A DNA stretch of 36,413 nt. Origin: Acidimicrobiia bacterium (GTDB lineage: Bacteria; Actinomycetota; Acidimicrobiia; Spongiisociales; CAZKJJ01). Location: the NCBI GenBank assembly GCA_046759765.1, contig JBHICV010000007.1, positions 1 through 36,413 on the forward strand. Direction: 5' to 3'. A program made the position numbers and the translations under genes. Numbering within the stretch: the first letter of the stretch is position 1; the number at the start of each line of letters is the position of its first letter. Below the pieces are notes generated by a model, which was given only the letters and a program-made list of their open reading frames with translations, searched no databases and was not told where the DNA came from. This document shows, in pieces, positions 10,232 to 18,617 of this stretch.

Positions 10232-11146
10232 TCATTCCAGGCTTCCGAGTGGACCTCGTCGTCCTCGCGCCCAGTCAGTTCCGGTCATGCGGCGTCCGCC
10301 TGCCGGCTGCACTTCGACCAGCTCTAGCGTTCCTTCTCCGGTGCCGACAATGAGTCTGCTCTCCTCGATGCGTAGCTCTCCTGGAGCAAGCTCCTTGTCC
10401 GGCCCTAGCTCGACAACCCAGAGTTTCAGGGGCTCACCGCGCCAGTGGGCAAACGCTCCGGGACGGGGATTGAAGGCTCTAACTGCGCGCCAGATCGCGG
10501 AGGCCGAGCCGGCCAGCTCGAGTCTCGCTTCGGCCCGATCCAGCTTCTCCGCGTAAGTGGCTTTGCCACTTTGCGGGATCGGCTCGAGCTCTCCGGCCAT
10601 GTAGTCCGCCAGTATCTCAGTGAGAAGCTGCGCTCCGGTGGCGGCAAGACGTGCAGCCAGGGTCCCTGCGGTGTCGGACCGACCGATCTCCGATTCTCGG
10701 GCTGCGACAACCGGTCCGGTATCCAGGCCTTCGTCCATGCGAATGATCGTGACTCCGCTGACAGAGTCTCCCGCCAGGATGGCTCGCGCGACGGGCGCTG
10801 CACCTCGCCAGCGCGGGAGGATCGACAAGTGGACGTTGAGTATGCCCCGCTCGGGTATCTGCAGAGCGTCAGCCGGGATCAGCATCCCGAACGCGACCAA
10901 GACTGCGACTTCGAGGGGAGCGGCTTCGGTCAATGCATCCACAAGCGCCTCTTTGGAGGCGGGTTGGGCGACCCGCAGCCGGAGGTCGAGCGCTGCTTCC
11001 CTAACAGGGGGCGGCTGAGGGGTACCTGACCTGCCGCGGGGCCGGTCTGGCTGGGTGATCACGAGGACAATCTCAGTCATCCCCGCCAGTGCATGCAGTG
11101 CTGGGATCGCCTCGGTCGGGGTTCCTAGGAACGCGGCGCGGGTCAC
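10232..11146 (-). CDS. fmt: Methionyl-tRNA formyltransferase
   Basis: FLGTP, VITQPDRPRGR, NVHLSILPRWRGAAP, MDEGLDTG. Confidence 0.97.
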   Translation of the reverse strand: MTRAAFLGTPTEAIPALHALAGMTEIVLVITQPDRPRGRSGTPQPPPVREAALDLRLRVAQPASKEALVDALTEAAPLEVAVLVAFGMLIPADALQIPERGILNVHLSILPRWRGAAPVARAILAGDSVSGVTIIRMDEGLDTGPVVAARESEIGRSDTAGTLAARLAATGAQLLTEILADYMAGELEPIPQSGKATYAEKLDRAEARLELAGSASAIWRAVRAFNPRPGAFAHWRGEPLKLWVVELGPDKELAPGELRIEESRLIVGTGEGTLELVEVQPAGGRRMTGTDWARGRRGPLGSLE

Positions 11147-11652
11147 GCCGGCGGCTGGAGCCCGAGTGCCTCCTCGCGCAGTTCCTTGAACGCCTCTTTG
11201 CGAAGCCGTCTCGGAAGTCGATCGAGCACGATCTTGCCCTCGAGATGATCTAGTTCGTGTTGCAGCACCCGGCCCAGTAGCTCGTCGCCTTCGTAAGTGA
11301 CCTCATTGCCGTCCTGGTCGACTCCGGTTACCTTCACGTAGGAAGCTCGAGTAACTGGCCAGTATCGGTTGGGGACAGATAGACAGCCCTCGTCCAACTC
11401 CCACTTTCCCCTTTTCTCGATCAGTCGTGGGTTGACTATGACCCTGGCACCTTCCTCGTCCTGGGTGTCGAACACAAAGACGCGCTTCGAGATCCCTATC
11501 TGTGGCGCAGCCAGGCCAACTCCCTGAGCGTCGTACATGGTGTCGATCAGGTCCGCCACTAGCCGGCGGATGGTGTCATCGACCTCTTCTACGCCTACGG
11601 CCTGAATCCGTAGGACCGGGTCGCCGAAAGTTCTTATGGGATATACGGCCAC
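11143..11652 (-). CDS. def: Peptide deformylase
   Basis: GVGLAAPQIG, EGCLS, QHELDHLEG. Start reassigned to GTG at 11652 (MAVYPIRTFGDPVLR) to avoid overlap with priA. Confidence 0.97.
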   Translation of the reverse strand: MAVYPIRTFGDPVLRIQAVGVEEVDDTIRRLVADLIDTMYDAQGVGLAAPQIGISKRVFVFDTQDEEGARVIVNPRLIEKRGKWELDEGCLSVPNRYWPVTRASYVKVTGVDQDGNEVTYEGDELLGRVLQHELDHLEGKIVLDRLPRRLRKEAFKELREEALGLQPPA

Positions 11653-11677
11653 GACGGCGCGCAGGATAGCCCCCGGC

Positions 11678-13453
11678 TCATAGGTCAATTGGGTCGGCGT
11701 CGATACGAACGCGAGCACCGGCGTCCCGAGCGTGCTGGACCAGGTCTCGCAGCTGGGATCGCGCCCCGGCCAGCCGGGTGCCCTGGATGAGCCAGCGGCT
11801 ACCTCGGGGGCTTTGAGAAGGACCTAACACGGCAGCTCGTTCCTCCAGCGCCTGGCGGAGACGCTCGTCGAAGCCAGTGGGCTCGTGGCGCGTCTCCAGA
11901 ACAATCAGCTCTCCTGTTGGTGGGAGCCCCAGGAGACCTCGTTCGGAGATCTCCTTCTCTAGGAAATCGAGTGGGTCTCCTCGAAAGACAGCTCGGATGA
12001 CTTCGTGAGATGGCATCAGGGTCTGCACCATGGCACGCCGACCAGTGCCCTTCTGAACTGCACTCGCCACCCGGACCAGCGTCCGCAGCGCCTCCTCGGA
12101 AGCTCGATAGTTCGTTCCCAGTATGAGCCCGTCTGCGTCAACCACGACGGCGAGATCGAACGGGTGCGCGCCGGCCAGGTCTCGCTCCGTGCCAACTGCT
12201 ATCCGCCCCAACGGAGCGAGAGCTGCCTCTCCTACGATCCGTTTTGCCTCCTCGGCCACCCTCCCGACCCCCGCTCCGAGCGCCACGAACGCCCCTCCGC
12301 CGCAGACGGCGCAGTCCCCGAGGTCGGCTCCACATCTGCGGCAGCTCGTCCCGGGATCTGGACGGGCCCCGCACTGTTGGCATACCCGCAGCTCACCGCA
12401 CTGGCGGCACCTGGCGGCAGCGGAGTACCCGTGCCGGTGGCTGAACAGGAAGACGCGGCTCGCGGCGGCGGCCGCCGTTCTCAGCGCAGCCTTCACCCTC
12501 TCGCTGAACAACCCCGAGCCTGGTGGGTCCTCACTACGGTCCACGATTTCCACCAGAGGCCACGCCCGGCGGCGACCCGGTGAGCGAACGATCGCCGTGC
12601 CGGCCGCGATCACCTCGCTCGTCGGCACTCTGCCCATATAGGCGAGCGCGATTCGCTCGACGGCAGCTCGGCGCGCTAGCACGTCCCTGACGTGGAGTGT
12701 TGGAGTCTGGCGTTCTTTCATCGCCCGTCGTCCCTCCTCGATCACGATCAGCAGACTGAGACCCCGCACTGGCCAGAGGGCGACTCGCGGCGTCCCAACC
12801 ACGAGGAAGCCCGAAGTGGACGCGGCCCGCGACCATGCTTCGGTGGTGTCGCGCGCTGAGGTGTCGGGTGCTACCACCAGCAAGCGGTCCCCGACGCGGT
12901 CGGCGAGCCTCGCCGCCATGAATCCCAGCTCGGCAGCAGTGGGAACGACGACGAGCCCGGAGCGATCGGCGGCCAAGACAGGTTCGGCCACCGACGCGAC
13001 CTCGTCGTCCCAGGGCCCGGAGCTCATGAGGTAGTGAGGTCTCGTGTGTCGGCCTGCTCGAGCATGCAAGGCGGTGGTGGCGAGCGGTCCGACGGGCAGA
13101 GCGTCGAGACGCACGCGTGAGGACACCTCTACTTCCCTCGGGAGGTTCGGAGGTGCGGTACGTCCCAGCATGACGGACAGAGGAGCCACGTAATGATGCG
13201 AAGCCCACCTGAGCACTTCGAGGAGCCGGCGTCCAAAGACACTCCCGTGACCCGACACAGACCGAATCTCCTTGAGCCTCTGGGCGCTCGGATCTCCCCG
13301 CCCGACGACATAACCTCGCACGGTTCGGCCCCCCAGGGGAACTCGTACGATCGCTCCCGTGCTTACGGTCATGGGAGCCAGGTAGCTGAATCCATCATCG
13401 ACCGCGAAGCTTGGGATGTCGGGAACGATCCGGACGATGTCTTCGTTGGTCAG
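11678..13453 (-). CDS. priA: Primosomal protein N' (PriA), helicase-degenerate type
   Basis: VRVPLGGR, four CxxC pairs (CRQC, CQQC, CRRC, CAVC), DADPIDL C-terminus, metK-priA-def synteny. The frame extends 27 codons upstream of the track ATG (13372) to a CTG at 13453. Confidence 0.9.
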   Translation of the reverse strand: MTNEDIVRIVPDIPSFAVDDGFSYLAPMTVSTGAIVRVPLGGRTVRGYVVGRGDPSAQRLKEIRSVSGHGSVFGRRLLEVLRWASHHYVAPLSVMLGRTAPPNLPREVEVSSRVRLDALPVGPLATTALHARAGRHTRPHYLMSSGPWDDEVASVAEPVLAADRSGLVVVPTAAELGFMAARLADRVGDRLLVVAPDTSARDTTEAWSRAASTSGFLVVGTPRVALWPVRGLSLLIVIEEGRRAMKERQTPTLHVRDVLARRAAVERIALAYMGRVPTSEVIAAGTAIVRSPGRRRAWPLVEIVDRSEDPPGSGLFSERVKAALRTAAAAASRVFLFSHRHGYSAAARCRQCGELRVCQQCGARPDPGTSCRRCGADLGDCAVCGGGAFVALGAGVGRVAEEAKRIVGEAALAPLGRIAVGTERDLAGAHPFDLAVVVDADGLILGTNYRASEEALRTLVRVASAVQKGTGRRAMVQTLMPSHEVIRAVFRGDPLDFLEKEISERGLLGLPPTGELIVLETRHEPTGFDERLRQALEERAAVLGPSQSPRGSRWLIQGTRLAGARSQLRDLVQHARDAGARVRIDADPIDL

Positions 13454-14634
13454 AGGTCTGCAGCCGCCCGGGCCAGCTCACCCGCCCGGGCCGTTGACTC
13501 CCACGTGAAGCTGTCTTCGGTACGCCCGAAGTGGCCGTAGTTGGAGGTGGCGACGTAAATCGGGCGTCTAAGGTCGAGCCACTCGATTATGGCCGCCGGC
13601 CGCAGGTCGAAGAAGTCCATGAGTAGCCCCTCGAGCTTGTCGGGATCGACCGATTCGGTTCCGAAGGTTTCGATGTGAACTGAGAACGGAGACGCTCGGC
13701 CGATCGCATAGGACACTTGAATCTCACAGCGCCGAGCGAGACCGGCTGCTACCACCGTCTTCGCTACGTGACGAGCCGCGTAGCTGGCGCTCCTGTCGAC
13801 CTTCGTCGGGTCCTTCCCCGAGAATGCCCCTCCGCCGTGGCGGGCAGTTCCCCCGTAGGTATCCATTACGATCTTGCGACCGGTGAGGCCAGTGTCCGCG
13901 ACCGGCCCACCCAGCTCGAACCGGCCGCTTGGATTGACAACAAACTCGGTATCGGGGTCGAGGAAGGGATCCGCGATCGGCTTGACGACCTGCTGCATGA
14001 GGTCGGTTGCCATCTGCTCGTTCGAGGCGGAGGGATCGTGCTGAACCGACATGAGGATGCGGGCTACGCGGATCGGACGATGCCCTTGGTAGCTGACAGT
14101 TACTTGGGTTTTGCCATCCGGGCGCAGATAGGCGACGCTCGCGTCTCTTCTCACAGTCGCCAGCTGTGCCGCGAGTTGATGTGACAGCTGGATCGGCATT
14201 GGCATGAGCTCGGGTGTCTCATCCACCGCGAAGCCGAACATGATGCCCTGGTCACCGGCCCCCAATGCGTCCAACGGATCGGTGGACCCGCTACGCGCCT
14301 CGAGAGACGTACCTACGCCCTCTGCGATGTCCGGACTCTGCTTATGCACGAGAACATCGACCCGAACATCATCACCCGAAAACCCGAGGGAGGCATCGTC
14401 GTATCCACTGGCACGGATTGACGCTCTGGTGATCTCCTCGACGTCAACCTTGGCCTCGGAAGTGATCTCACCGGCCACGATTGCGACCCCGTCGGTGACT
14501 AAGGCCTCGCACGCCACTCGGCTGAAAGGATCTCGCTCCAACATCGCGTCGAGAACCGCGTCTGATATGCGATCCGCCACCTTGTCCGGATGCCCCTCGG
14601 TGACGCTCTCAGAGGTGAAGATACTGCGGCGCAC
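13450..14634 (-). CDS. metK: S-adenosylmethionine synthetase
   Basis: FTSESVTEGHPDK, GAGDQG, DTGLTGRK, GGGAFSGKDPTKVDRS, YGHFGR. Confidence 0.99.
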   Translation of the reverse strand: MRRSIFTSESVTEGHPDKVADRISDAVLDAMLERDPFSRVACEALVTDGVAIVAGEITSEAKVDVEEITRASIRASGYDDASLGFSGDDVRVDVLVHKQSPDIAEGVGTSLEARSGSTDPLDALGAGDQGIMFGFAVDETPELMPMPIQLSHQLAAQLATVRRDASVAYLRPDGKTQVTVSYQGHRPIRVARILMSVQHDPSASNEQMATDLMQQVVKPIADPFLDPDTEFVVNPSGRFELGGPVADTGLTGRKIVMDTYGGTARHGGGAFSGKDPTKVDRSASYAARHVAKTVVAAGLARRCEIQVSYAIGRASPFSVHIETFGTESVDPDKLEGLLMDFFDLRPAAIIEWLDLRRPIYVATSNYGHFGRTEDSFTWESTARAGELARAAADL

Positions 14635-14642
14635 TGTGGGCG

Positions 14643-14648
14643 ATTATA
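14643..14648 (-). promoter_or_regulatory. -10 element, probably leaderless metK transcript
   Basis: Perfect TATAAT 8 nt upstream of the metK GTG; no SD. Confidence 0.7.
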
Positions 14649-14667
14649 GAAAGGGCCCTAGACCCTC

Positions 14668-15846
14668 CTAAGCGCTCCGTAGAGCGGCAATCCGGTCCCA
14701 GAGCCGGCGGGCAACCTCGCTCTTCGGGAGCAGGGGCCATGGCTCGATCGATCCATCGGGATCAATGAGGGTGACCTGATTGGTGGCCGTGCCGAATCCA
14801 GACCCTTCGGAAGTCACGTCGTTGGCCACGAGCAGCTGGACTCCTTTGGTGCGCGCTTTGGAAACGGCACCCTCTGCCGGCCCGGTCTCAGCTGCGAAGC
14901 CAACGAGGAAGACGTCCGGCGCCTGTTCTCTGACACCGGCCAGAACGTCGGGCGTCGGCTCCAGCAGGATGTCCGGCGGACCGGCCTCACGTCGATACTT
15001 CACCTCCTGCTGGGCTTTGGGTCGAAAGTCAGCCACGGCAGCAGCCATGATCACAACGTCCTGGGACGGGCTGCGGCTCCAAACCTCGGCCGCCATCTCC
15101 TCAGCCGTTTCAACTAGCACTGTCTCGACTCCCGAAGCGGGGACCACCTCCGCCGAAGACACAAGCACGACGTCAGCTCCCCGGCGGGCGGCTTCGGCGG
15201 CAATCTCCCTTCCCATTCGTCCCGACGAGCGGTTGCCGATGAATCGAACGGGATCAATGGGCTCACGAGTCCCGCCGGTGGTCACCAAGACCTTCCAGCC
15301 CGAGAGGGAGCCCGCCAGTATCCCTTCCAGTGCGGCAATGATCTCCTCCGGCTCTGACACTCGCCCCTCGCCCTCGTCGCCCCCGGCGAGAGCCCCGATT
15401 CCGGGACCGACCGTGTGGTGACCGTCCGCAACCAGCGTCGCCAGGTTTCGCTGCGTAGCAGGCTGCTCCCACATCTCGGTGTGCATGGCAGGGGCAATCA
15501 GCACTGGAGCCCTGGTAGCCAGAAAGGTTGCCGACAGCAGGTCAGAGGAAAGCCCGTGAGCAAGCTTCGCCAGGGTGTGGGCAGTGGCCGGGGCAATAAC
15601 CAGCGCGTCCGCCCAGGAAGCCAGCTCTGTGTGTGGGCTGACCACGCGAGGACCAAATAGGCCCACGTATGGGTAATGGCCCGTCACGGCAGCGAAGGAT
15701 TGGGCACCGACGAAGCGGCGGGCGCTGCGAGTGAGGATGACCCGCACCTCGGCTTCACGCTCGGTCAGTCTGCGGGCAAGATAGATGGACTTGTAGGCTG
15801 CGACTCCCCCCGATACGCCCAGCAGGATCCTCCGTCCGGAGAGCAC
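14668..15846 (-). CDS. coaBC: Phosphopantothenoylcysteine decarboxylase / phosphopantothenate--cysteine ligase
   Basis: ILLGVSGGVAAYK, APATAHTLAK, PAMHTEMW, TREPIDPVRFIGNRSSGRMG, AAAVADF, VGFAAET. Start reassigned to GTG at 15846 (TAGTG overlap with rpoZ stop). Confidence 0.97.
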   Translation of the reverse strand: MLSGRRILLGVSGGVAAYKSIYLARRLTEREAEVRVILTRSARRFVGAQSFAAVTGHYPYVGLFGPRVVSPHTELASWADALVIAPATAHTLAKLAHGLSSDLLSATFLATRAPVLIAPAMHTEMWEQPATQRNLATLVADGHHTVGPGIGALAGGDEGEGRVSEPEEIIAALEGILAGSLSGWKVLVTTGGTREPIDPVRFIGNRSSGRMGREIAAEAARRGADVVLVSSAEVVPASGVETVLVETAEEMAAEVWSRSPSQDVVIMAAAVADFRPKAQQEVKYRREAGPPDILLEPTPDVLAGVREQAPDVFLVGFAAETGPAEGAVSKARTKGVQLLVANDVTSEGSGFGTATNQVTLIDPDGSIEPWPLLPKSEVARRLWDRIAALRSA

Positions 15847-16076
15847 TACTCCTCGGCGTGCTCGAAGCCGACCTTGTCGTCGGCGATCTCTTCCAAAGCG
15901 ATCGTCAGCGGCTTGCGGCTCATGGAGTGAACCTGCGGCGGCACGTAGTGGCCGATTCCCTCGCCGAGCTGGTTGAAGTAAGCGTTGATCTGCCGTGCAC
16001 GGCGGGCGGCAACGACGACGAGCGAGAACCTCGAGTCGGTTTTCTTGAGGACGTCTTCGATGGGTGGGTTGATCAT
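15846..16076 (-). CDS. rpoZ: RNA polymerase omega subunit
   Basis: [16 protein letters not shown]...[10 protein letters not shown] between gmk and coaBC. Confidence 0.96.
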   Translation of the reverse strand: MINPPIEDVLKKTDSRFSLVVVAARRARQINAYFNQLGEGIGHYVPPQVHSMSRKPLTIALEEIADDKVGFEHAEE

Positions 16077-16669
16077 GGAGAGGGACCTCGGGTCTCACCC
16101 AGTATACGCCCGATCTCACTCACCGCAGTCTCCACCTGGTGGTTGACCACGAGGTGATCGAAGCTGGTAGCCGCGATAGCCATCTGCCCCTGGGCGATTT
16201 CGAGACGGCTTTCCACCTGTTGGCGAGTGGTGTCGCCCCGTGTCCAGAGTCGTCGCTCTAAATCCTCGAGCGACGGAGGCATCAAGAAGATCGTCACCGA
16301 TTCTGGAACCGCGGCCTTGACCTGCATTGCTCCCTGGACCTCTATATCCAAAAGCACGTCCGATCCGGCCGCCAGGTGCTCTTCGACCGGTTGTTGGGGC
16401 GTTCCGTAGAGATGCCCGCTGTAGGTGGCCCATTCGAGAAGCTCGCCTCGATCGCGAAGTTCTTCGAATTGCTGAGGTGTTACGAAGCGGTAGTGAACCC
16501 CGTCGACCTCGCCGGGCCGGCCGTCCCTAGTCGTTGCAGATACCGAAAAGTGAAAGTCTCGCCGTTCCGCGAGAGCTCGGATGACGGTCGTCTTGCCCAC
16601 CCCCGACGGACCCGAGACGACTATGAGGGTGCCGCGTGCTTTAGGCGAGGTTCTCGAGGAGGGCGGCAC
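16073..16669 (-). CDS. gmk: Guanylate kinase
   Basis: [48 protein letters not shown]. Confidence 0.98.
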   Translation of the reverse strand: MPPSSRTSPKARGTLIVVSGPSGVGKTTVIRALAERRDFHFSVSATTRDGRPGEVDGVHYRFVTPQQFEELRDRGELLEWATYSGHLYGTPQQPVEEHLAAGSDVLLDIEVQGAMQVKAAVPESVTIFLMPPSLEDLERRLWTRGDTTRQQVESRLEIAQGQMAIAATSFDHLVVNHQVETAVSEIGRILGETRGPSP

Positions 16670-16952
16670 GCTGACGATCTCCGAGTCCCCGCAGGCGCCG
16701 GTTCTCAGCGATGCCCAGCTCCTCCATCATCCGCTTGCCTTTCACCTTGCCGATGCCAGGCATCGACGGCAGTACGGCGGCTACTTTCATTCCGGCAATG
16801 ATCTCGTCCGTGTCCGCCCGCTCGAGTAGCTCAGGAAATGTGATCGCCCCTGTCTTGAGCAGCTCTTTTACTTCGGCGCGTTCTCTTCGTGCCGCGGCTG
16901 CCTTCCGGAGGGCGGCGGCCCGCTGCTCGGCCGTGAGTTCCGGTGGTGCCAT
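16641..16952 (-). CDS. mihF: Actinobacterial integration host factor (mIHF/sIHF)
   Basis: LTAEQRAAALRKAAAARRERAEVK...MPGIGKVK...IAENRRLRGLG..QR; strong SD GGAGGAGG; pyrF-mIHF-gmk synteny. Confidence 0.95.
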   Translation of the reverse strand: MAPPELTAEQRAAALRKAAAARRERAEVKELLKTGAITFPELLERADTDEIIAGMKVAAVLPSMPGIGKVKGKRMMEELGIAENRRLRGLGDRQRAALLENLA

Positions 16953-16982
16953 CTTGGTCCTCCTCCCCGCTACCCGAGCCGC

Positions 16983-16991
16983 AGCATAACA
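16983..16991 (-). promoter_or_regulatory. Extended -10 promoter for mIHF-gmk-rpoZ-coaBC
   Basis: TGtTATGCT just after the pyrF stop, 30 nt upstream of the mIHF ATG. Confidence 0.6.
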
Positions 16992-16995
16992 ACGC

Positions 16996-17709
16996 TCAAT
17001 GGGAGGCCACTGCCGTACGGGCTTCCTCTGCGATTGCTTCTGCCGCTTTCAGTGGGTCGCTCGCTCCGGTGATTGGCCTCCCGACGATTATCAGATCGGC
17101 TCCTCTCGCCACGGCCTCTCCCGGGGTCATGATGTGGACCTGATCGGCGGGTTCAGCGGCCTCCGGTCGGATTCCCGGAACCGCTCGCAGCAGGTCCGGT
17201 GCGCTTTCAGCCACCACACCCAGCTGGGTTCCCGGGCAGACGACACCCTCGCATCTGGATAGTTGCGCCAGCTTGGCGAGCTTGGCCGTCTGCTTCCCGA
17301 CGCTCGCAGGGATGCCTACCTTCGCCAACGAGCTCGGAGCCGTGCTGGTGAGGACGGTCACTGCGAGGACTCCGGCGTCGCGCCCACCTGCTCCTGACTC
17401 GAGTCCTTCGACGGCGGCGGTCAGCATTTCTTGTCCACCCAGTGCATGGACGGTGAGGTATCTCGCACCCAGGCGGCCAACCTGCTCTGCCGCTCGATGG
17501 ACGGTCGAGGGGATGTCGTGCAGCTTGGCATCCACGAACACCGGGCGGTCCAGGGACGAGACGACCTTGGTAACTGCCGGACCCGGCCCCATGAGCAGCC
17601 CGAGCCCGACCTTGAAAGCGCCCACCGCGGGGGCAACTGTGCGCGCCATCCGTATCGCGTCCTCGGCCGTGGGGAGATCCAGCGCGACTACGACCGGGTT
17701 GGCCTTCAA
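16996..17709 (-). CDS. pyrF: Orotidine-5'-phosphate decarboxylase
   Basis: VVALD, FVDAKLHDIPSTV, LTVHA, VTVLTS, PGIRP, IVGRPI. Confidence 0.97.
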   Translation of the reverse strand: MKANPVVVALDLPTAEDAIRMARTVAPAVGAFKVGLGLLMGPGPAVTKVVSSLDRPVFVDAKLHDIPSTVHRAAEQVGRLGARYLTVHALGGQEMLTAAVEGLESGAGGRDAGVLAVTVLTSTAPSSLAKVGIPASVGKQTAKLAKLAQLSRCEGVVCPGTQLGVVAESAPDLLRAVPGIRPEAAEPADQVHIMTPGEAVARGADLIIVGRPITGASDPLKAAEAIAEEARTAVASH

Positions 17710-18617
17710 AACTCGGCGGCTCCGATCAGCTGGGCCACGGTCTCATAGCCGTGATCACGGCAGTAGCGGTCGAGCCCGCGTCTGATCCGCGCACCGACCC
17801 TAGGAGATTCGAAATGGGCGGTCCCCACACCCACGGCACTGGCACCGGCCAGCAGATACTCGACCGCGTCCTCGGCGGTGCGAACGCCGCCGCAGCCCAC
17901 TATCGGCAGCTCAGGTAAGGCACGGTGCACCTCGATGACGCAGCGCATTGCGATCGGTTTGAGGGGAGGTCCCGAGAAACCGCCGACGCCTCCCGACACG
18001 ACGGGACTCCGAGTCTCGATGTCTATGCCCGCACCCCATATCGTGTTGGTGAGCACTACCCAATCTGAGCCTGCTTCCGCCACGGCACTGGCCACCGCGA
18101 CGATGTCCTGCGCATTCGGCGAGAGCTTGGCCGACACGGGAATATCGACGGACGCCTTGACCGACCGGACCACCTCGGCGGCGGCTACAGGATCGAGGGC
18201 GAATAGCCCCGAGCCGCCCTCGACGTTGGGACAGGAGAGGTTGAGCTCGATGGCCTGGACGTCGGTAGTCTGGAGGCCTTTGGCCACCTGTACGAACTCG
18301 TCGGTGGTAGTGCCAATCGCCGATCCCCACGTGGGAACGGAAGCAGCCGAGAGCAGCGGACCGTAGCGCTCCAGCCAGTGCTCGATCCCCGGATTCTGTA
18401 CCCCAACCGCATTCAACATCCCCACACCCGCAGGAGCCAGGCGGGGTGGTGCATTCCCGGGCCAGGGGTCACGGCTCACCGACTTGGCCACCGCCGCGCC
18501 ATAGTTCTCGAAAGGTACTGCTTCCAGCTGGTCAACAACGGCGCCAACCGTCCCGGAAGCCGCTACCAGCGGCGTCCGCAGCTCGATCGGCCCCAAGGCG
18601 ACGCGCAGATCGATCAT
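17706..18617 (-). CDS. pyrD: Dihydroorotate dehydrogenase, family 1 catalytic subunit
   Basis: [46 protein letters not shown]. Start reassigned to ATG at 18617 (ATGA overlap with carB stop). Confidence 0.95.
   Translation of the reverse strand: MIDLRVALGPIELRTPLVAASGTVGAVVDQLEAVPFENYGAAVAKSVSRDPWPGNAPPRLAPAGVGMLNAVGVQNPGIEHWLERYGPLLSAASVPTWGSAIGTTTDEFVQVAKGLQTTDVQAIELNLSCPNVEGGSGLFALDPVAAAEVVRSVKASVDIPVSAKLSPNAQDIVAVASAVAEAGSDWVVLTNTIWGAGIDIETRSPVVSGGVGGFSGPPLKPIAMRCVIEVHRALPELPIVGCGGVRTAEDAVEYLLAGASAVGVGTAHFESPRVGARIRRGLDRYCRDHGYETVAQLIGAAEF

Noticed and set aside
15847..16119. N-terminal extensions in track ORFs for coaBC, and similarly pyrD, def, pilC, pilM, pilN
   Set aside because: Most extensions overlap upstream genes and all lack family similarity; better starts exist at stop/start overlaps or after an SD or -10 box.
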